The notes under the pieces: generated by a model
What the model was told of the DNA's origin: nothing
Databases searched by the model: none
What the model saw: only the letters and a program-made list of their open reading frames with translations
Part shown: piece by piece, positions 1 through 9,890 of the stretch
Layout: the number at the start of each line of letters is the position of its first letter
Position numbering within the stretch: the stretch's first letter is position 1
Assembly (NCBI GenBank): GCA_050012755.1
Contig: JBEKGO010000002.1
Span: 64,001 to 128,000 of the forward strand
DNA: 64,000 bases
Direction of reading: 5' to 3'
Origin: Candidatus Bathyarchaeia archaeon
GTDB taxonomy: Archaea; Thermoproteota; Bathyarchaeia; Bathyarchaeales; Bathycorpusculaceae
Made by a program: the position numbers and the translations under genes

Positions 1-325
1 ACCAGGCAAAAGCCTAAAACTTATTGCTGAAGAACGTACAGCAAGGCATTTCCCAAACATGGAAGTTTTGAACAGTTACTGGGTAGGCGAAGACGGAAAA
101 CACAAATGGTTTGAAGTCATACTGGTCGATCCAAAGGCGCCAGGCATAAAAACAGACAAAGACATCAATTGGATAGCTGAGAGACAACATACCAGCAGAG
201 TCTTTAGAAGCATGACGAGCGCAGGTAAAAACGTCAGAGGCTTACATCATCGCGGAAGAGGCTCGGAAAAAGCAAGACCAAGCCATCAAAGAGGAGCAAG
301 ACATCCAGACAAACAGAGATGGTAA
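1..325 (+). CDS. rpl15e: 50S ribosomal protein L15e (5'-truncated by window edge)
   Basis: Frame is open from base 2: ...[37 protein letters not shown], the L15e signature. Confidence 0.95.
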   Translation, partial: PGKSLKLIAEERTARHFPNMEVLNSYWVGEDGKHKWFEVILVDPKAPGIKTDKDINWIAERQHTSRVFRSMTSAGKNVRGLHHRGRGSEKARPSHQRGARHPDKQRW

Positions 326-600
326 ATATGCATCACATGAAAGCAGTAATAACAAAGCAAAACGGCAAACAAAGCATCGGAAGAGGATTCAGCTTGTCCG
401 AACTTGAAAAAGCAGGCTTAAATAAACAAGATGCAAAAAAAATCGGCATACCGCTCGACATAAAACGCAAATCGTTGCATGATGAAAACGTCGCGACATT
501 AAAAAAACATGCAGAAAAAGCCAAAGCAGAAGCAGCAGCAAAACCAAAACCAGAAAAACCCGCTGCCGAAACAAAGCCAAAGAAAAAAGCTAAAAGCTAG
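319..600 (+). CDS. rpl13e: 50S ribosomal protein L13e
   Basis: [14 protein letters not shown]...[10 protein letters not shown] motif; follows L15e. Start may be 328. Confidence 0.9.
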   Translation: MVNMHHMKAVITKQNGKQSIGRGFSLSELEKAGLNKQDAKKIGIPLDIKRKSLHDENVATLKKHAEKAKAEAAAKPKPEKPAAETKPKKKAKS

Positions 601-625
601 AAGCCCAAAGACAAAACGGTAACCA

Positions 626-1072
626 ATGTCTTCTAAACCGCCAATAGGATACATAGACATTCGAGTCTTCGCACACGCAACTGAAGACACCGAAAAAGTC
701 GAAACCGCCGTCAGAAACCTGCTGCCAACCGAACTGGCAGAAACCCTCATTTTCCAAAAAACAAGTTTAACGGGGCATCATGGGAACCCTATTATTCTTT
801 TTACAGCTCAATTAACAGATAAGAAAACGCTTCCAGCTATACTCCAAAAAATTGGTTCAGCTCTAAATTCGCTTGACAAGGAAGAATTATGCCGCAACTT
901 GAAACTGCATTTGGAAAAGCGAAACTTGTATCTAAGATTCGACAAACAAGCTGCTTCTTTGGGAGACATAAAGTTTACGCAAAACGACCCTATCCACCTC
1001 AAAATCCATTTTAAAAATAAGACAGCTGAAGAAATAGCTGAAATTTGTACAAGTACTGGGTTGATGCTATGA
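626..1072 (+). CDS. Archaeal RNA-binding protein (COG1325-like, exosome/RNase P superoperon)
   Basis: HATED..KV, GHHGNPI and YLRFDKQ motifs; typical position before rnp3. Confidence 0.85.
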   Translation: MSSKPPIGYIDIRVFAHATEDTEKVETAVRNLLPTELAETLIFQKTSLTGHHGNPIILFTAQLTDKKTLPAILQKIGSALNSLDKEELCRNLKLHLEKRNLYLRFDKQAASLGDIKFTQNDPIHLKIHFKNKTAEEIAEICTSTGLML

Positions 1073-1800
1073 CACGAGTTTTCGCTGATTTGCATTTACG
1101 CGTTAACCCCAAAGACGAACAGGCAACACAGCAACTGATCACTCGTGCTGCACGTTTCGGCTACAGCCTAATTTCCATTCCATCCACTTCCGCCCTACGC
1201 GAAGAAGAACTATCCAAACTCAAAGCAACCTGCAACCGATTAGGCATGGATTTTGTTTCACGCGTGGATTTTCATCCTAGAACAGAGAACGATTTAATCC
1301 ATTTCCTACGCAAATTCAGACGCCGATTTGAGGTAATTAGCATCACATGCGACACCAAGGAAGTGGCAAGACAAGCGGCAAAAGACAGACGAGTTGACCT
1401 TCTAAATTTTCCAAGTTTAGACTATCATAAACGGTTTTTTGACCGCGCAGAAGCTGAATTGGCAAGTGGCAGTTTATCCTCCTTAGAAGTAGATGTTAAA
1501 CCGCTCTTGGTTTTGGAGGGCCCATCGCGGGTTAGAATGCTGATGAGTTTGCGCCGTGAAGTTGCATTTGCAAAGGAGTTTAGGGTGCCTCTAGTGATTT
1601 CCAGCGGCGTTGCCGAGGAAAAATTTATGCGGTTCCCACGAGATATGGCAAGTCTGGCTTTCACACTTGGGTTGGATGAAGCTTCAGGTCTTGAAGCTGT
1701 TTCAGCTAATCCAGTGGCAATTGTCTTGCGTAACCGCGAAAAACTTAGCAGTCGATTTGTGGCTCCGGGCATAAGTATAGTTAAGGAGGGCAAAACGTGA
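1069..1800 (+). CDS. rnp3: Ribonuclease P protein component 3 (Rpp30)
   Basis: FADLH, RVDLL and VISSG motifs; PHP-like fold; ATG at 1069 overlaps the upstream stop. Confidence 0.9.
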   Translation: MTRVFADLHLRVNPKDEQATQQLITRAARFGYSLISIPSTSALREEELSKLKATCNRLGMDFVSRVDFHPRTENDLIHFLRKFRRRFEVISITCDTKEVARQAAKDRRVDLLNFPSLDYHKRFFDRAEAELASGSLSSLEVDVKPLLVLEGPSRVRMLMSLRREVAFAKEFRVPLVISSGVAEEKFMRFPRDMASLAFTLGLDEASGLEAVSANPVAIVLRNREKLSSRFVAPGISIVKEGKT

Positions 1801-2111
1801 AGCGGGTTAAACGGCGTTATTTAGCCCTTCTAGTTGAATGCGAATCCTTGCCGTCTGAACGCGAGTTTATCGACGCTGTTTGGGCTGCGGTTACCAAGTT
1901 TTACGGTGAGGTTGGGGCAAGCACTACTGGTTTGAGCTTGATTAATTTTGATATGGAACGGAAAATTGCGGTTATTCGAATTTCGCTGGCTGCTTTGAGC
2001 ATCGTAAAGGCTTCCGTGGCTGCAATCATCAGCATATCGGGCAAGGAGGGAGCGGTTCATGTGTTGGCTGTTTCAGGTACCCTTAAGGCGCTTTATGCTA
2101 ACGTAAAATAG
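1797..2111 (+). CDS. rnp2: Ribonuclease P protein component 2 (Pop5/Rpp14)
   Basis: KRRYL at the N-terminus and VSGTLKAL at the C-terminus. Confidence 0.92.
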   Translation: MKRVKRRYLALLVECESLPSEREFIDAVWAAVTKFYGEVGASTTGLSLINFDMERKIAVIRISLAALSIVKASVAAIISISGKEGAVHVLAVSGTLKALYANVK

Positions 2112-2297
2112 CTTTTGCTATATTTATGTGTAAAGTTTTTGCTTTATTTTGACAATAAATTTTGAAGCTTTGTAACATTCATTCATGGACAAACTTGCAG
2201 AAGTAGTGGAGAAACGTTTATCAACCTCATGCAAGCGTAATTTATCATTACATAAGTGCTCAGACAGAGCATAAAAAATTACACAGAGACAAGAAAA

Positions 2298-3521
2298 ATG
2301 GACTTACAGGATTTCTTTTTCAAATTACCAAAATTAAAAACTGAACCCATAATAGATGACACCACACTCCGCGACGGCATCCAAATGCCAGGGCTAGCAA
2401 CGGGACCAAAAGACTCAGCAAAAATAGCCCAATTTCTCGCCGAAGTTGGAATTGAACGAATAGAGCTCTTTCACTACCAAGAGCCCGACAAAAAAGCTGC
2501 AAAACTTATTAAAGATCTAAATCTTGACCTCCGCGTTGCAGGCTGGTGCAGAGCCTTAAAAGAAGACATAGACAGCGCAGTAGCATGCGGGTTCAAAGAA
2601 GTTGGCATATCTCATCCAGTTTCAGATCTCCATTTCAAAGCCAAATGGCCCGAAAAAACCACAGAACAAATCTTAGCTAACATGATTGACGTAGTAGAGT
2701 ACTCAGCTAAAACCTGCGGATTAAGAACGTTTGTTCATGGCGAAGACAGCACACGAGCAAACTGGGATTTCGAGAAAAACTTTATCAACGCTGCAGCCGA
2801 CGCAGGAGCCGAATGCTACCGCATCTGTGACACAGTCGGCATCGGATTATCTGACCCAACCGCTCCACTACCTAACGGCATTCCCGCAAAAGTCGTAGCT
2901 ATCAAAAAAGAAACAAAAATGGGCGCTATAGAAATCCATGCACACGACGACTTCGGAAATGCAGTTGAAAATACAATGGCAGCAATCAAGGCAGCTTCAG
3001 GAGTATGGGACAAAGTTTACGCCAGCACAACATACCTGGGCATTGGCGAACGTGCGGGCAACGCAGAAACGGAAAAAGTGCTCCTAAACCTGTACTTGCA
3101 TTACGGTGTCAGAAAGTATGAGGGCAAAACTCAGCTGCTGAAGGCAACGGCGGATTACATTGGAAAGGCAACAGGCTATGTTGTTCCGCCTAACAAAGCA
3201 ATTGTTGGCGACTATGGTTTCGCACATGAGTCAGGAATTCACACACACGACGTATTGAGTGATCCATGGACATATGAGCCATACCCGCCAGAACTTGTCG
3301 GAAACGAGCGACGTTTAACAATTGGGAAACAATCAGGCAAAGGCATAATTAAACATAAAATAACAGAGCTATCAGGCAACGAACCTGATGATCAAACCGT
3401 GGCTGGTGTTGTTGACAGAGTCAAAGAAATCTATGCGAATGGCAGAAGGGCATCACTTAAAGAGGAAGAATTCAAAAAAATCCTTCGCATACTAAAAATT
3501 CTACCAGAAAACAATCACTAA
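2298..3521 (+). CDS. DRE-TIM (LeuA/homocitrate synthase family) acetyl-CoA condensing enzyme, possibly Re-citrate synthase
   Basis: DTTLRDG, HAHDD, GIGERAGN and HESGIH motifs; no LeuA regulatory domain; insertion after CDT. Confidence 0.85.
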   Translation: MDLQDFFFKLPKLKTEPIIDDTTLRDGIQMPGLATGPKDSAKIAQFLAEVGIERIELFHYQEPDKKAAKLIKDLNLDLRVAGWCRALKEDIDSAVACGFKEVGISHPVSDLHFKAKWPEKTTEQILANMIDVVEYSAKTCGLRTFVHGEDSTRANWDFEKNFINAAADAGAECYRICDTVGIGLSDPTAPLPNGIPAKVVAIKKETKMGAIEIHAHDDFGNAVENTMAAIKAASGVWDKVYASTTYLGIGERAGNAETEKVLLNLYLHYGVRKYEGKTQLLKATADYIGKATGYVVPPNKAIVGDYGFAHESGIHTHDVLSDPWTYEPYPPELVGNERRLTIGKQSGKGIIKHKITELSGNEPDDQTVAGVVDRVKEIYANGRRASLKEEEFKKILRILKILPENNH

Positions 3522-3558
3522 TTTTTTTTCTAACCAAAGTAAATAAAAGAAAATAATT

Positions 3559-4521
3559 CTAGGCTTGCTCACATTTTTGGAGAAGCCGTTGCCAGTTTTT
3601 GTCGGTTAATGCTTGAATCTTGTCAATTACATGCTGGTTTTGCGGAGTGAACAAGTGTCTAAATCTACCTTGCCCAACTAAGTAATCTTTAACTGGCTTT
3701 TTCTTTTGCGGTGCCAAAGAAATCAGTTTACTCGGTGTTGAAAGCTGCCGGTTGCCGTTTACCGCTTCCCAAATTGGGAAAACACATGATTCTACTGATA
3801 GCTTTGAATACTCCATGGTTTTGCCTGGTTCAGTTCGCCAACCTCTTGGGCAAGGAGCAAAGATGTGCAGGAACGCTGGGCCTTCTACTTCTAAGCCTTT
3901 GCGGACTTTGGTCAGCATGTCTTTCCAGTAGTATGGTGTTGCAGTTGCTACATATTTCATGTCGTGTGCTAGCATGATTTCTGTGATTGGTTTTTTCATT
4001 TCAAGTTTGCCTGGATTTACTGAGCCGGCTGGAGTGGTTGTTGTTGCGGCTCCAATTGGTGTTGAGCTGCTTCTTTGGATTCCAGTGTTCATGTAACCCT
4101 CGTTATCATAGAGTATAAAGAGGAAGTCGTGTCCACGTTCAACAGCGCCGGATAAAGCTTGTAATCCAATATCGTAGGTTCCGCCGTCGCCAGCAATTGC
4201 GATAATGTCAATGTGTTCTTTGACTTTTCCTTTCTTTTGCAGTGCTTTTAGTGCTGCGTCAATGCCTGAAGCGTTTGCAGCGGCGTTTTCAAAAGCTGTA
4301 TGTAGCCATGGCAGCGCCCATGAAGTGTATGGGTAGCTTGATCCCACTATTTCCATGCAGCCAGTTGCTTGAGTTACAATTGTTGGTCCACGGGTTGCTT
4401 TCATTATCAGCCGCAATACTGCTGCTGGTCCGCAGCCTGCACATGCTCGGTGTCCTGAAAGGAAAAGGTCTGGTTTGGATGCAATATCTTTTGCTGTGAA
4501 TTTCCATTCTTGAGTTGTCAA
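3559..4521 (-). CDS. porB: Pyruvate/2-oxoacid:ferredoxin oxidoreductase beta subunit
   Basis: GHRACAGCG; TPP-binding GDGG...DNEGYMNTG; PCPRGW. Confidence 0.93.
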   Translation of the reverse strand: MTTQEWKFTAKDIASKPDLFLSGHRACAGCGPAAVLRLIMKATRGPTIVTQATGCMEIVGSSYPYTSWALPWLHTAFENAAANASGIDAALKALQKKGKVKEHIDIIAIAGDGGTYDIGLQALSGAVERGHDFLFILYDNEGYMNTGIQRSSSTPIGAATTTTPAGSVNPGKLEMKKPITEIMLAHDMKYVATATPYYWKDMLTKVRKGLEVEGPAFLHIFAPCPRGWRTEPGKTMEYSKLSVESCVFPIWEAVNGNRQLSTPSKLISLAPQKKKPVKDYLVGQGRFRHLFTPQNQHVIDKIQALTDKNWQRLLQKCEQA

Positions 4522-4534
4522 CTTTGTGTCCTCC

Positions 4535-5767
4535 TTACTCCCTTAATCCAAAATAGTGGACTTCTTTTTCTACGTGTCCAGTTTTAACAATTCGTGTTAA
4601 CTCATCGAAGATTTTTCGCAGGTCATGTGGGCTTGTGTCTCTGCCGCCTAAACCGAAAATAAAGCTCACGATATTTGGATGATCTTTTGCATCGTATAGT
4701 GCATTTCGAACTTCACTAAAGACCGCGCCACCTAAGCCGCCGGGAGTCATGCTTTTGTCCATAACTGCTATCGCTTTAACATTTCTTAATGCGTTTCGAA
4801 GTTCTTCAACGGGCAACGGCCTAAACGTACGTAACCGTAGAACTCCGACTTTAGCCCCTTCTTGTCTTAGCTGGTCAACTATTACTTTTAGTGTTCCAGC
4901 CGTCGAACCGACAACGACAATTGCAACTTCAGCGTCTTCAAGCTGGTAAGTATCAATGAGTCCGTTGCCATAGCTTCTGCCGCTGATTTTAGTGTATTCA
5001 CTGTTAACGTCTTGTATCTTCTTTAGGGCGTTTTTCATACCTTCTTCCTGTTGTCGCTTAAACTCGAAATAATAGTTCTGTAACGCGAATGGTCCCATGG
5101 TCATAGGGTTCTGTGGGTCAAGTTTGAATGGCACGATTTTCCCCTCGTGAGTAAGCACCATTGGAAATTGGCGTTCCCCAATGAACTGTCTGATTGCATC
5201 GTCGGGAAGAGTATCTACTCTTTCAAGGGTGTGGCTGATTGTGAAGCCGTCTAAAGCAACAATTATTGGTAACGAGACGCCAACGTCTTCAGCTATTTTG
5301 AACGCTTGAATAATTGAGTCATAAGCTTCTTGGGCGTTTTCAACGTAAATTTGAATCCATCCGCTGTCTCGTTCAGCCATACTGTCTGATTGGTCGCCAT
5401 GAATGTTTAGCGGCGAAGACAGGGCTCGGTTAGCAACAGCCATGACAACTGGCGCTCGAGAGCCCGAAGTGACAAAAAGCATTTCATGCATTAACGCTAA
5501 GCCTGCTGAGGCGCTAGCCGTGAAAGTTCGTGCTCCTGTAAGTGAGGCTGCAAGGCATGCGGTCATAGCGCTGTGTTCTGATTCTGTGCATACGAATTCT
5601 GTTTGAACTTCCCCGTTTGCGACGTACTCGCTGAATTTTTCAACTATGATTGTTTGGGGAGTGATTGGGTAAGCAGCAACCACGTCAACATCACACTGTT
5701 TGGCTGCTAGAGCAACTGCTTCGTCGCCGTTTAGTGCGCAGGTTTCCTGTTTAACTTGTGCCTTCAT
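4535..5767 (-). CDS. porA: Pyruvate/2-oxoacid:ferredoxin oxidoreductase alpha subunit
   Basis: AYPITPQT, ESEHSA and GLGGRD motifs. Confidence 0.93.
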   Translation of the reverse strand: MKAQVKQETCALNGDEAVALAAKQCDVDVVAAYPITPQTIIVEKFSEYVANGEVQTEFVCTESEHSAMTACLAASLTGARTFTASASAGLALMHEMLFVTSGSRAPVVMAVANRALSSPLNIHGDQSDSMAERDSGWIQIYVENAQEAYDSIIQAFKIAEDVGVSLPIIVALDGFTISHTLERVDTLPDDAIRQFIGERQFPMVLTHEGKIVPFKLDPQNPMTMGPFALQNYYFEFKRQQEEGMKNALKKIQDVNSEYTKISGRSYGNGLIDTYQLEDAEVAIVVVGSTAGTLKVIVDQLRQEGAKVGVLRLRTFRPLPVEELRNALRNVKAIAVMDKSMTPGGLGGAVFSEVRNALYDAKDHPNIVSFIFGLGGRDTSPHDLRKIFDELTRIVKTGHVEKEVHYFGLRE

Positions 5768-5768
5768 T

Positions 5769-6059
5769 TTATTGTTCGTCCTCTGGTAATTTCATAGTTA
5801 TTGCTTTAGTTGGACATTCATTTGCGCATATTCCGCAGCCTTTGCAGAAGCTGAAGTCAAATTCGATTTTACCGATTTCTGGACGCCACTTTATCGCTCC
5901 CTCAGGGCAAAACATCACACATGTTAAACATGTTGTACACTTTTCCAGGTCCCTTACCGGCATGTAAGTTTTCCAGTCGCCGGTCATGAATCCAACGCTT
6001 GATTTTGTACATATTCCAGCTATGGAGACTTCTTTCCAAGTTTTTTCTTTGCTGCTCAT
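5769..6059 (-). CDS. porD: Pyruvate/2-oxoacid:ferredoxin oxidoreductase delta subunit (2x[4Fe-4S])
   Basis: TGDWK and two CxxCxxCxxxCP motifs. Confidence 0.93.
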   Translation of the reverse strand: MSSKEKTWKEVSIAGICTKSSVGFMTGDWKTYMPVRDLEKCTTCLTCVMFCPEGAIKWRPEIGKIEFDFSFCKGCGICANECPTKAITMKLPEDEQ

Positions 6060-6619
6060 TCACTTTTTGCCTCCACGTAAGCTTCCTTGATTACGGCAAA
6101 GTTCTTTTCTGCTAAGTCTGGTCTGAAACGTCCCTTCAACGTTTTTTGAATACCTTCAAGGGTGACCATGTTTGTTGCTTTAGCAACGCAGCCTAGCAAC
6201 GCTGTATTTGTTATTGGAGCACCCAAAATTCTTAGTGCAATTTCAGTAGCTGGAACCGTCCAAACTTTGCCTTTTGTTACCCTGAGATTTTCTTTCACGA
6301 CAGCCGGTTCCTCAGTTGAATTAATAATTAACACAGTTTCATCACGGTTTAATCCAGAGGTTACTGGAACAGATTTCAACAGAGTATTATCTAAAACGAC
6401 AACGACGTCAGGTTCATAAATTGCACAGTGCAACCTTATTGGTTCAGTGCTTATTCTTGTGAAGGCAGTAACGGGCGCGCCCATTCTTTCAGGCCCAAAT
6501 TCGGGGAATGATTGAATGTATTTGCCTTCATCAAGAGCTGTTCTTGCCACCAGTTCGCTGGCTGTCCAAGCTCCTTGACCACCTCTACCGTGCCATCTAA
6601 ACTCTACCATGCTTTTCAA
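6056..6619 (-). CDS. porG: Pyruvate/2-oxoacid:ferredoxin oxidoreductase gamma subunit
   Basis: HGRGGQG and FGPERMGAP motifs. Confidence 0.93.
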   Translation of the reverse strand: MKSMVEFRWHGRGGQGAWTASELVARTALDEGKYIQSFPEFGPERMGAPVTAFTRISTEPIRLHCAIYEPDVVVVLDNTLLKSVPVTSGLNRDETVLIINSTEEPAVVKENLRVTKGKVWTVPATEIALRILGAPITNTALLGCVAKATNMVTLEGIQKTLKGRFRPDLAEKNFAVIKEAYVEAKSE

Positions 6620-6818
6620 ATAATCCTCTTCTCCGATGGGTTTTCTGATTAAAATAGTAAATTACCTTCATATACATTTTTCTAGTAAAATGGAAAAATC
6701 ATCGGTGTTACTGTAAAAAATGTTGGTTTTTAAGTTGACAAAAGGTATTGCCTGAGTATTATTAAATTGATTGTAGCCAAATCGAAAAATTTCAAATAAC
6801 ACATTTGGCAAGTTAGCA

Positions 6819-6830
6819 ATAAAGATATAT
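6819..6830 (+). repeat. Candidate attL core ATAAAGATATAT
   Basis: Identical 12-mer at 22349-22360. It also resembles a BRE/TATA promoter element. Confidence 0.45.
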
Positions 6831-6909
6831 TTGCTTTCCCCCGTCAACATCTCCCGCACACAATTCCCTTTTTCTTTTCTCAGTAACCAATTATTTGGAG
6901 TGTACTTCT

Positions 6910-7923
6910 TTGATTGAAATTGAAAAACCTGACTTAGTGGCTAGATTCCTTAAAAGAGCCGTTCACAAAGAATCAACCAGAAGAATCTACGCTAACGGTC
7001 TCAAAGCATTCGAAGCCTTCTATCAAAAACAAGGTACAGTTAACGATTTCATGGACAGATTAGACGCTGATCTGATGCTGCCTTATCCTTTGCGAAAGGG
7101 AGTAGCAAGAGACGTACTGAGTGACTTCATAGCAGACTTGAAAGAAAAAAAATACAGTCCAAAAACAATCAGCACCTATGTTAACGCTTTACGTGCCTTA
7201 GTCAGTGACAAATACGATGATGAATATTCAATGTCCATTCGAAATAGCGGTCTTCCTGATTCTGAGGCAGAAAGCGATAAACAAGAATGGAACCTGGAAC
7301 TAATCAGCGAATTCTTTCTATCCTTTGACAATCCACTTTACCAAACTATTTTAGCCGTTATCTTCCAGTCAGGTCTCGGAATCGGAGACGTCTTAGCACT
7401 CACATACTCAGACATTCAAGAAGAGTTTGAGGCTGGCATAGTTCCAATCCTACTAACTTTGAAACGTCACAAAACAGACGTTGAATTTACAACTTTTCTG
7501 GGCAAGGTCACAGTTGACCAAATTCGAGCCTACTTTAAACTTGTTGGCACTCCAAGCCCAGAAAGCAAAATATTCCAAATAACTAAGGGTAGCGTAGAAC
7601 GGTTTTTCGCTAGAAAAGCAAGAAAGATCATTCGCAAAGAGCTAAAGAAAAAGACAGACAAGGAATCTATCGAATTGTTGAAAGCAGAAAACCCTTGGAA
7701 ACACTTTTGCCCAATGCGACCCCACAGTTTGCGAGCTGCTTTTCAAAAACTGCTTGTCCTAGCTGGATGCCCAGAGATACTTAGCGAATTCTGGATGGGA
7801 CATGAAACAGAGAAACAAAAAGGCTGCTATATCTTGAAAGGCATGGGTCCAAAAGAGCACCGAGAACAGTATGTCAAGTTCTACGATAAAGCCTTAGCAT
7901 TCAAAACAGAAAGGAGCGATTAA
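6910..7923 (+). CDS. Tyrosine recombinase/integrase (non-canonical box I)
   Basis: SAM-like N-domain (SPKTISTY), QSGLGIGD, RHKT, HSLR, MGH, GCY; GGAG upstream of TTG at 6910. Confidence 0.88.
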   Translation: MIEIEKPDLVARFLKRAVHKESTRRIYANGLKAFEAFYQKQGTVNDFMDRLDADLMLPYPLRKGVARDVLSDFIADLKEKKYSPKTISTYVNALRALVSDKYDDEYSMSIRNSGLPDSEAESDKQEWNLELISEFFLSFDNPLYQTILAVIFQSGLGIGDVLALTYSDIQEEFEAGIVPILLTLKRHKTDVEFTTFLGKVTVDQIRAYFKLVGTPSPESKIFQITKGSVERFFARKARKIIRKELKKKTDKESIELLKAENPWKHFCPMRPHSLRAAFQKLLVLAGCPEILSEFWMGHETEKQKGCYILKGMGPKEHREQYVKFYDKALAFKTERSD

Positions 7924-7925
7924 AT

Positions 7926-9233
7926 TTGAGTGAGAATGATAAGAACGAAAAAAATAATGAACCCCTTGAAACTAAGAATAAAAAAGTTAAGGTGGTGACT
8001 GTTCGACTGACCCCAGAAGAACTTGCTGCTATCGACAAGACTTGCCCCGTTGGTGAAAGAAACCAACTAATCAAGCACATGCTAAAAGAAGGAATTGAGA
8101 AATCAGGTGGCCAGATTCAAGCTCCCGTAGTTACCTACGAGAAACTTGAGGCTGAAACTGACCAATGCAGAAGGAAAATGGACCGTATTATCCGAGCAAT
8201 GAAGAATTTCCAAAGAGTATATGACAACTTTGTAACACAGCCTTTGACACCTGAGAATATTCCAGCTCTTATTGAGGAACTACGAGAATTCAATGATGAA
8301 TCAACAGCACAAAACACTCTTGGAAATGGGTTTAGTCAAGGTGACGTCTACGATTTCATTGTGTACCTGAAAACAAAGCAGAAGCATGACGAACTTTGCA
8401 AACAGATGCGAGTCAAGGAAAAAGCAGAACTTGGAAAGAGTGAGACTCCAACCGAAAACAAGGATGCAAAGGTTAGCACTGAGCCCGAAACTCTTAATCT
8501 TTTGAGACTGAAGCATGTACCGAAAAATAGGCTATGCGGTTGTGGAAGACATGAGCTCAAAGAAGACCATAACAGACGTTGCATGTATATAATGGACACT
8601 CAACATGCATGTGGGCTTCGCATGACTAACCAAAACTTAAACACACCTGAGAAACTATTGAAAATGATTAACAGTACTGTGTGGGAGTTCGTAACAAGTG
8701 CTGAAGAAAAGAATTGGATCATTGACTACCTCAAGAAGCAAGGAACTACCTCTCAGAAGGTAACAGTTAACACATACTTCTATTTTCGGCTGTTTCCTAT
8801 TCCTTTTCCAGAATGCGATACCTACCTTTTCGGGAAACTTGTCACTGAAGACCTAACATGTGAAAAGACAAGAGCTGTTCTTCTAGATCCTGAAGACAGA
8901 GATTTGTGCATTACACAACAAAGCCTTAACAGAATAAACCCTGACGAAGACCCAGAACGCATGATACGCATGATAACTGGTAGCAAATGGGGCTGGATGT
9001 ACATAGGCAAAGCGCAAAAAGAAATATTGGTAGCCTACCTGAAAGAGCACAAACTTCCATTTCCAAGATACAAAGGCAAGCATGTGAAGTTAGAGTTTGC
9101 AATCTTTAACGATAATGGTAGCTATCATATCCCTGAAGCAGCACAGCGTTTTCTGGATGAACAAGACAAAACCCAAACAGAAGACAGCGAACCGAATTTC
9201 TTTGATAGCACAGAAGAAAACACAGAAGACTAA
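7926..9233 (+). CDS. Hypothetical protein with N-terminal ribbon-helix-helix domain, coiled coil and an internal repeat
   Basis: VVTVRLTPEELAAID...RNQLIKHML is RHH-like; starts 2 bp after the integrase stop. Confidence 0.65.
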   Translation: MSENDKNEKNNEPLETKNKKVKVVTVRLTPEELAAIDKTCPVGERNQLIKHMLKEGIEKSGGQIQAPVVTYEKLEAETDQCRRKMDRIIRAMKNFQRVYDNFVTQPLTPENIPALIEELREFNDESTAQNTLGNGFSQGDVYDFIVYLKTKQKHDELCKQMRVKEKAELGKSETPTENKDAKVSTEPETLNLLRLKHVPKNRLCGCGRHELKEDHNRRCMYIMDTQHACGLRMTNQNLNTPEKLLKMINSTVWEFVTSAEEKNWIIDYLKKQGTTSQKVTVNTYFYFRLFPIPFPECDTYLFGKLVTEDLTCEKTRAVLLDPEDRDLCITQQSLNRINPDEDPERMIRMITGSKWGWMYIGKAQKEILVAYLKEHKLPFPRYKGKHVKLEFAIFNDNGSYHIPEAAQRFLDEQDKTQTEDSEPNFFDSTEENTED

Positions 9234-9265
9234 GCTAATAACAGTGTTATATTAATTGTCTGCCA

Positions 9266-9551
9266 AAAAGCATGGGGAAAAGCATGGAAAACCCCGTGCT
9301 TTCATGTTATCTTTACACGTTTTTTCTCCTGAAAGTGATATCAGAAAGCCCATGCTGCTTATAAGTGCTATCACCCTGTTTTTTCATGCTATCACCCCAT
9401 TGAAATACATCAAAACTCTACTAACAGTCTATTTTCTGATTTTTTCCCATGCTCGTGCTGTCACGACCAGCCCTTTCGACCTGAAACATATGGAAAATAT
9501 AGCCTATTAACTCTAAATTAATAGGCAACGTCTCGATGATAGCGATAGCAC
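9266..9551. repeat. Non-coding cluster of short direct and inverted repeats (AAAAGCATGG x2, TGCTATCACCC x2, CATGCT)
   Basis: AAAAGCATGG at 9266 and 9278; TGCTATCACCC at 9366 and 9387; inverse CATGCT near 9351, 9385 and 9448; GATAGC twice at 9538-9549. Confidence 0.6.
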
Positions 9552-9890
9552 TCAAATTTTTAAAACTTTGAAAAAAATCTCTAAGAACAAATCTGAATGG
9601 ACTCAGCAACATTACTGAAAGCCCAAAGCTAAATCATTATTCTTCTCAGAAGGGAAAGGTATTGTTTGGCTTTACTCTTTGAGCAGCCAAGAACCTGCAT
9701 GCTGTCTTCAGCTTGTAGCTCTCCAGCGATATTGGCCTTAGAGACTTCAAATTCCCTCAAAGGAAAAAGAACAAATTATTATAATTAACTCAGCAATATT
9801 TGCGTAAGTCTAATATAGATTGTCTGTTCACAACAGCTAATACTTAAGAAGGAGTATGACAACATATGCTGATAGAAGCGAGCGTTATAG

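Noticed and set aside
9256-9612. ORFs 9256-9510 and 9421-9612 as genes
   Set aside because: No SD or motifs, and they overlap a DNA-level repeat tract.
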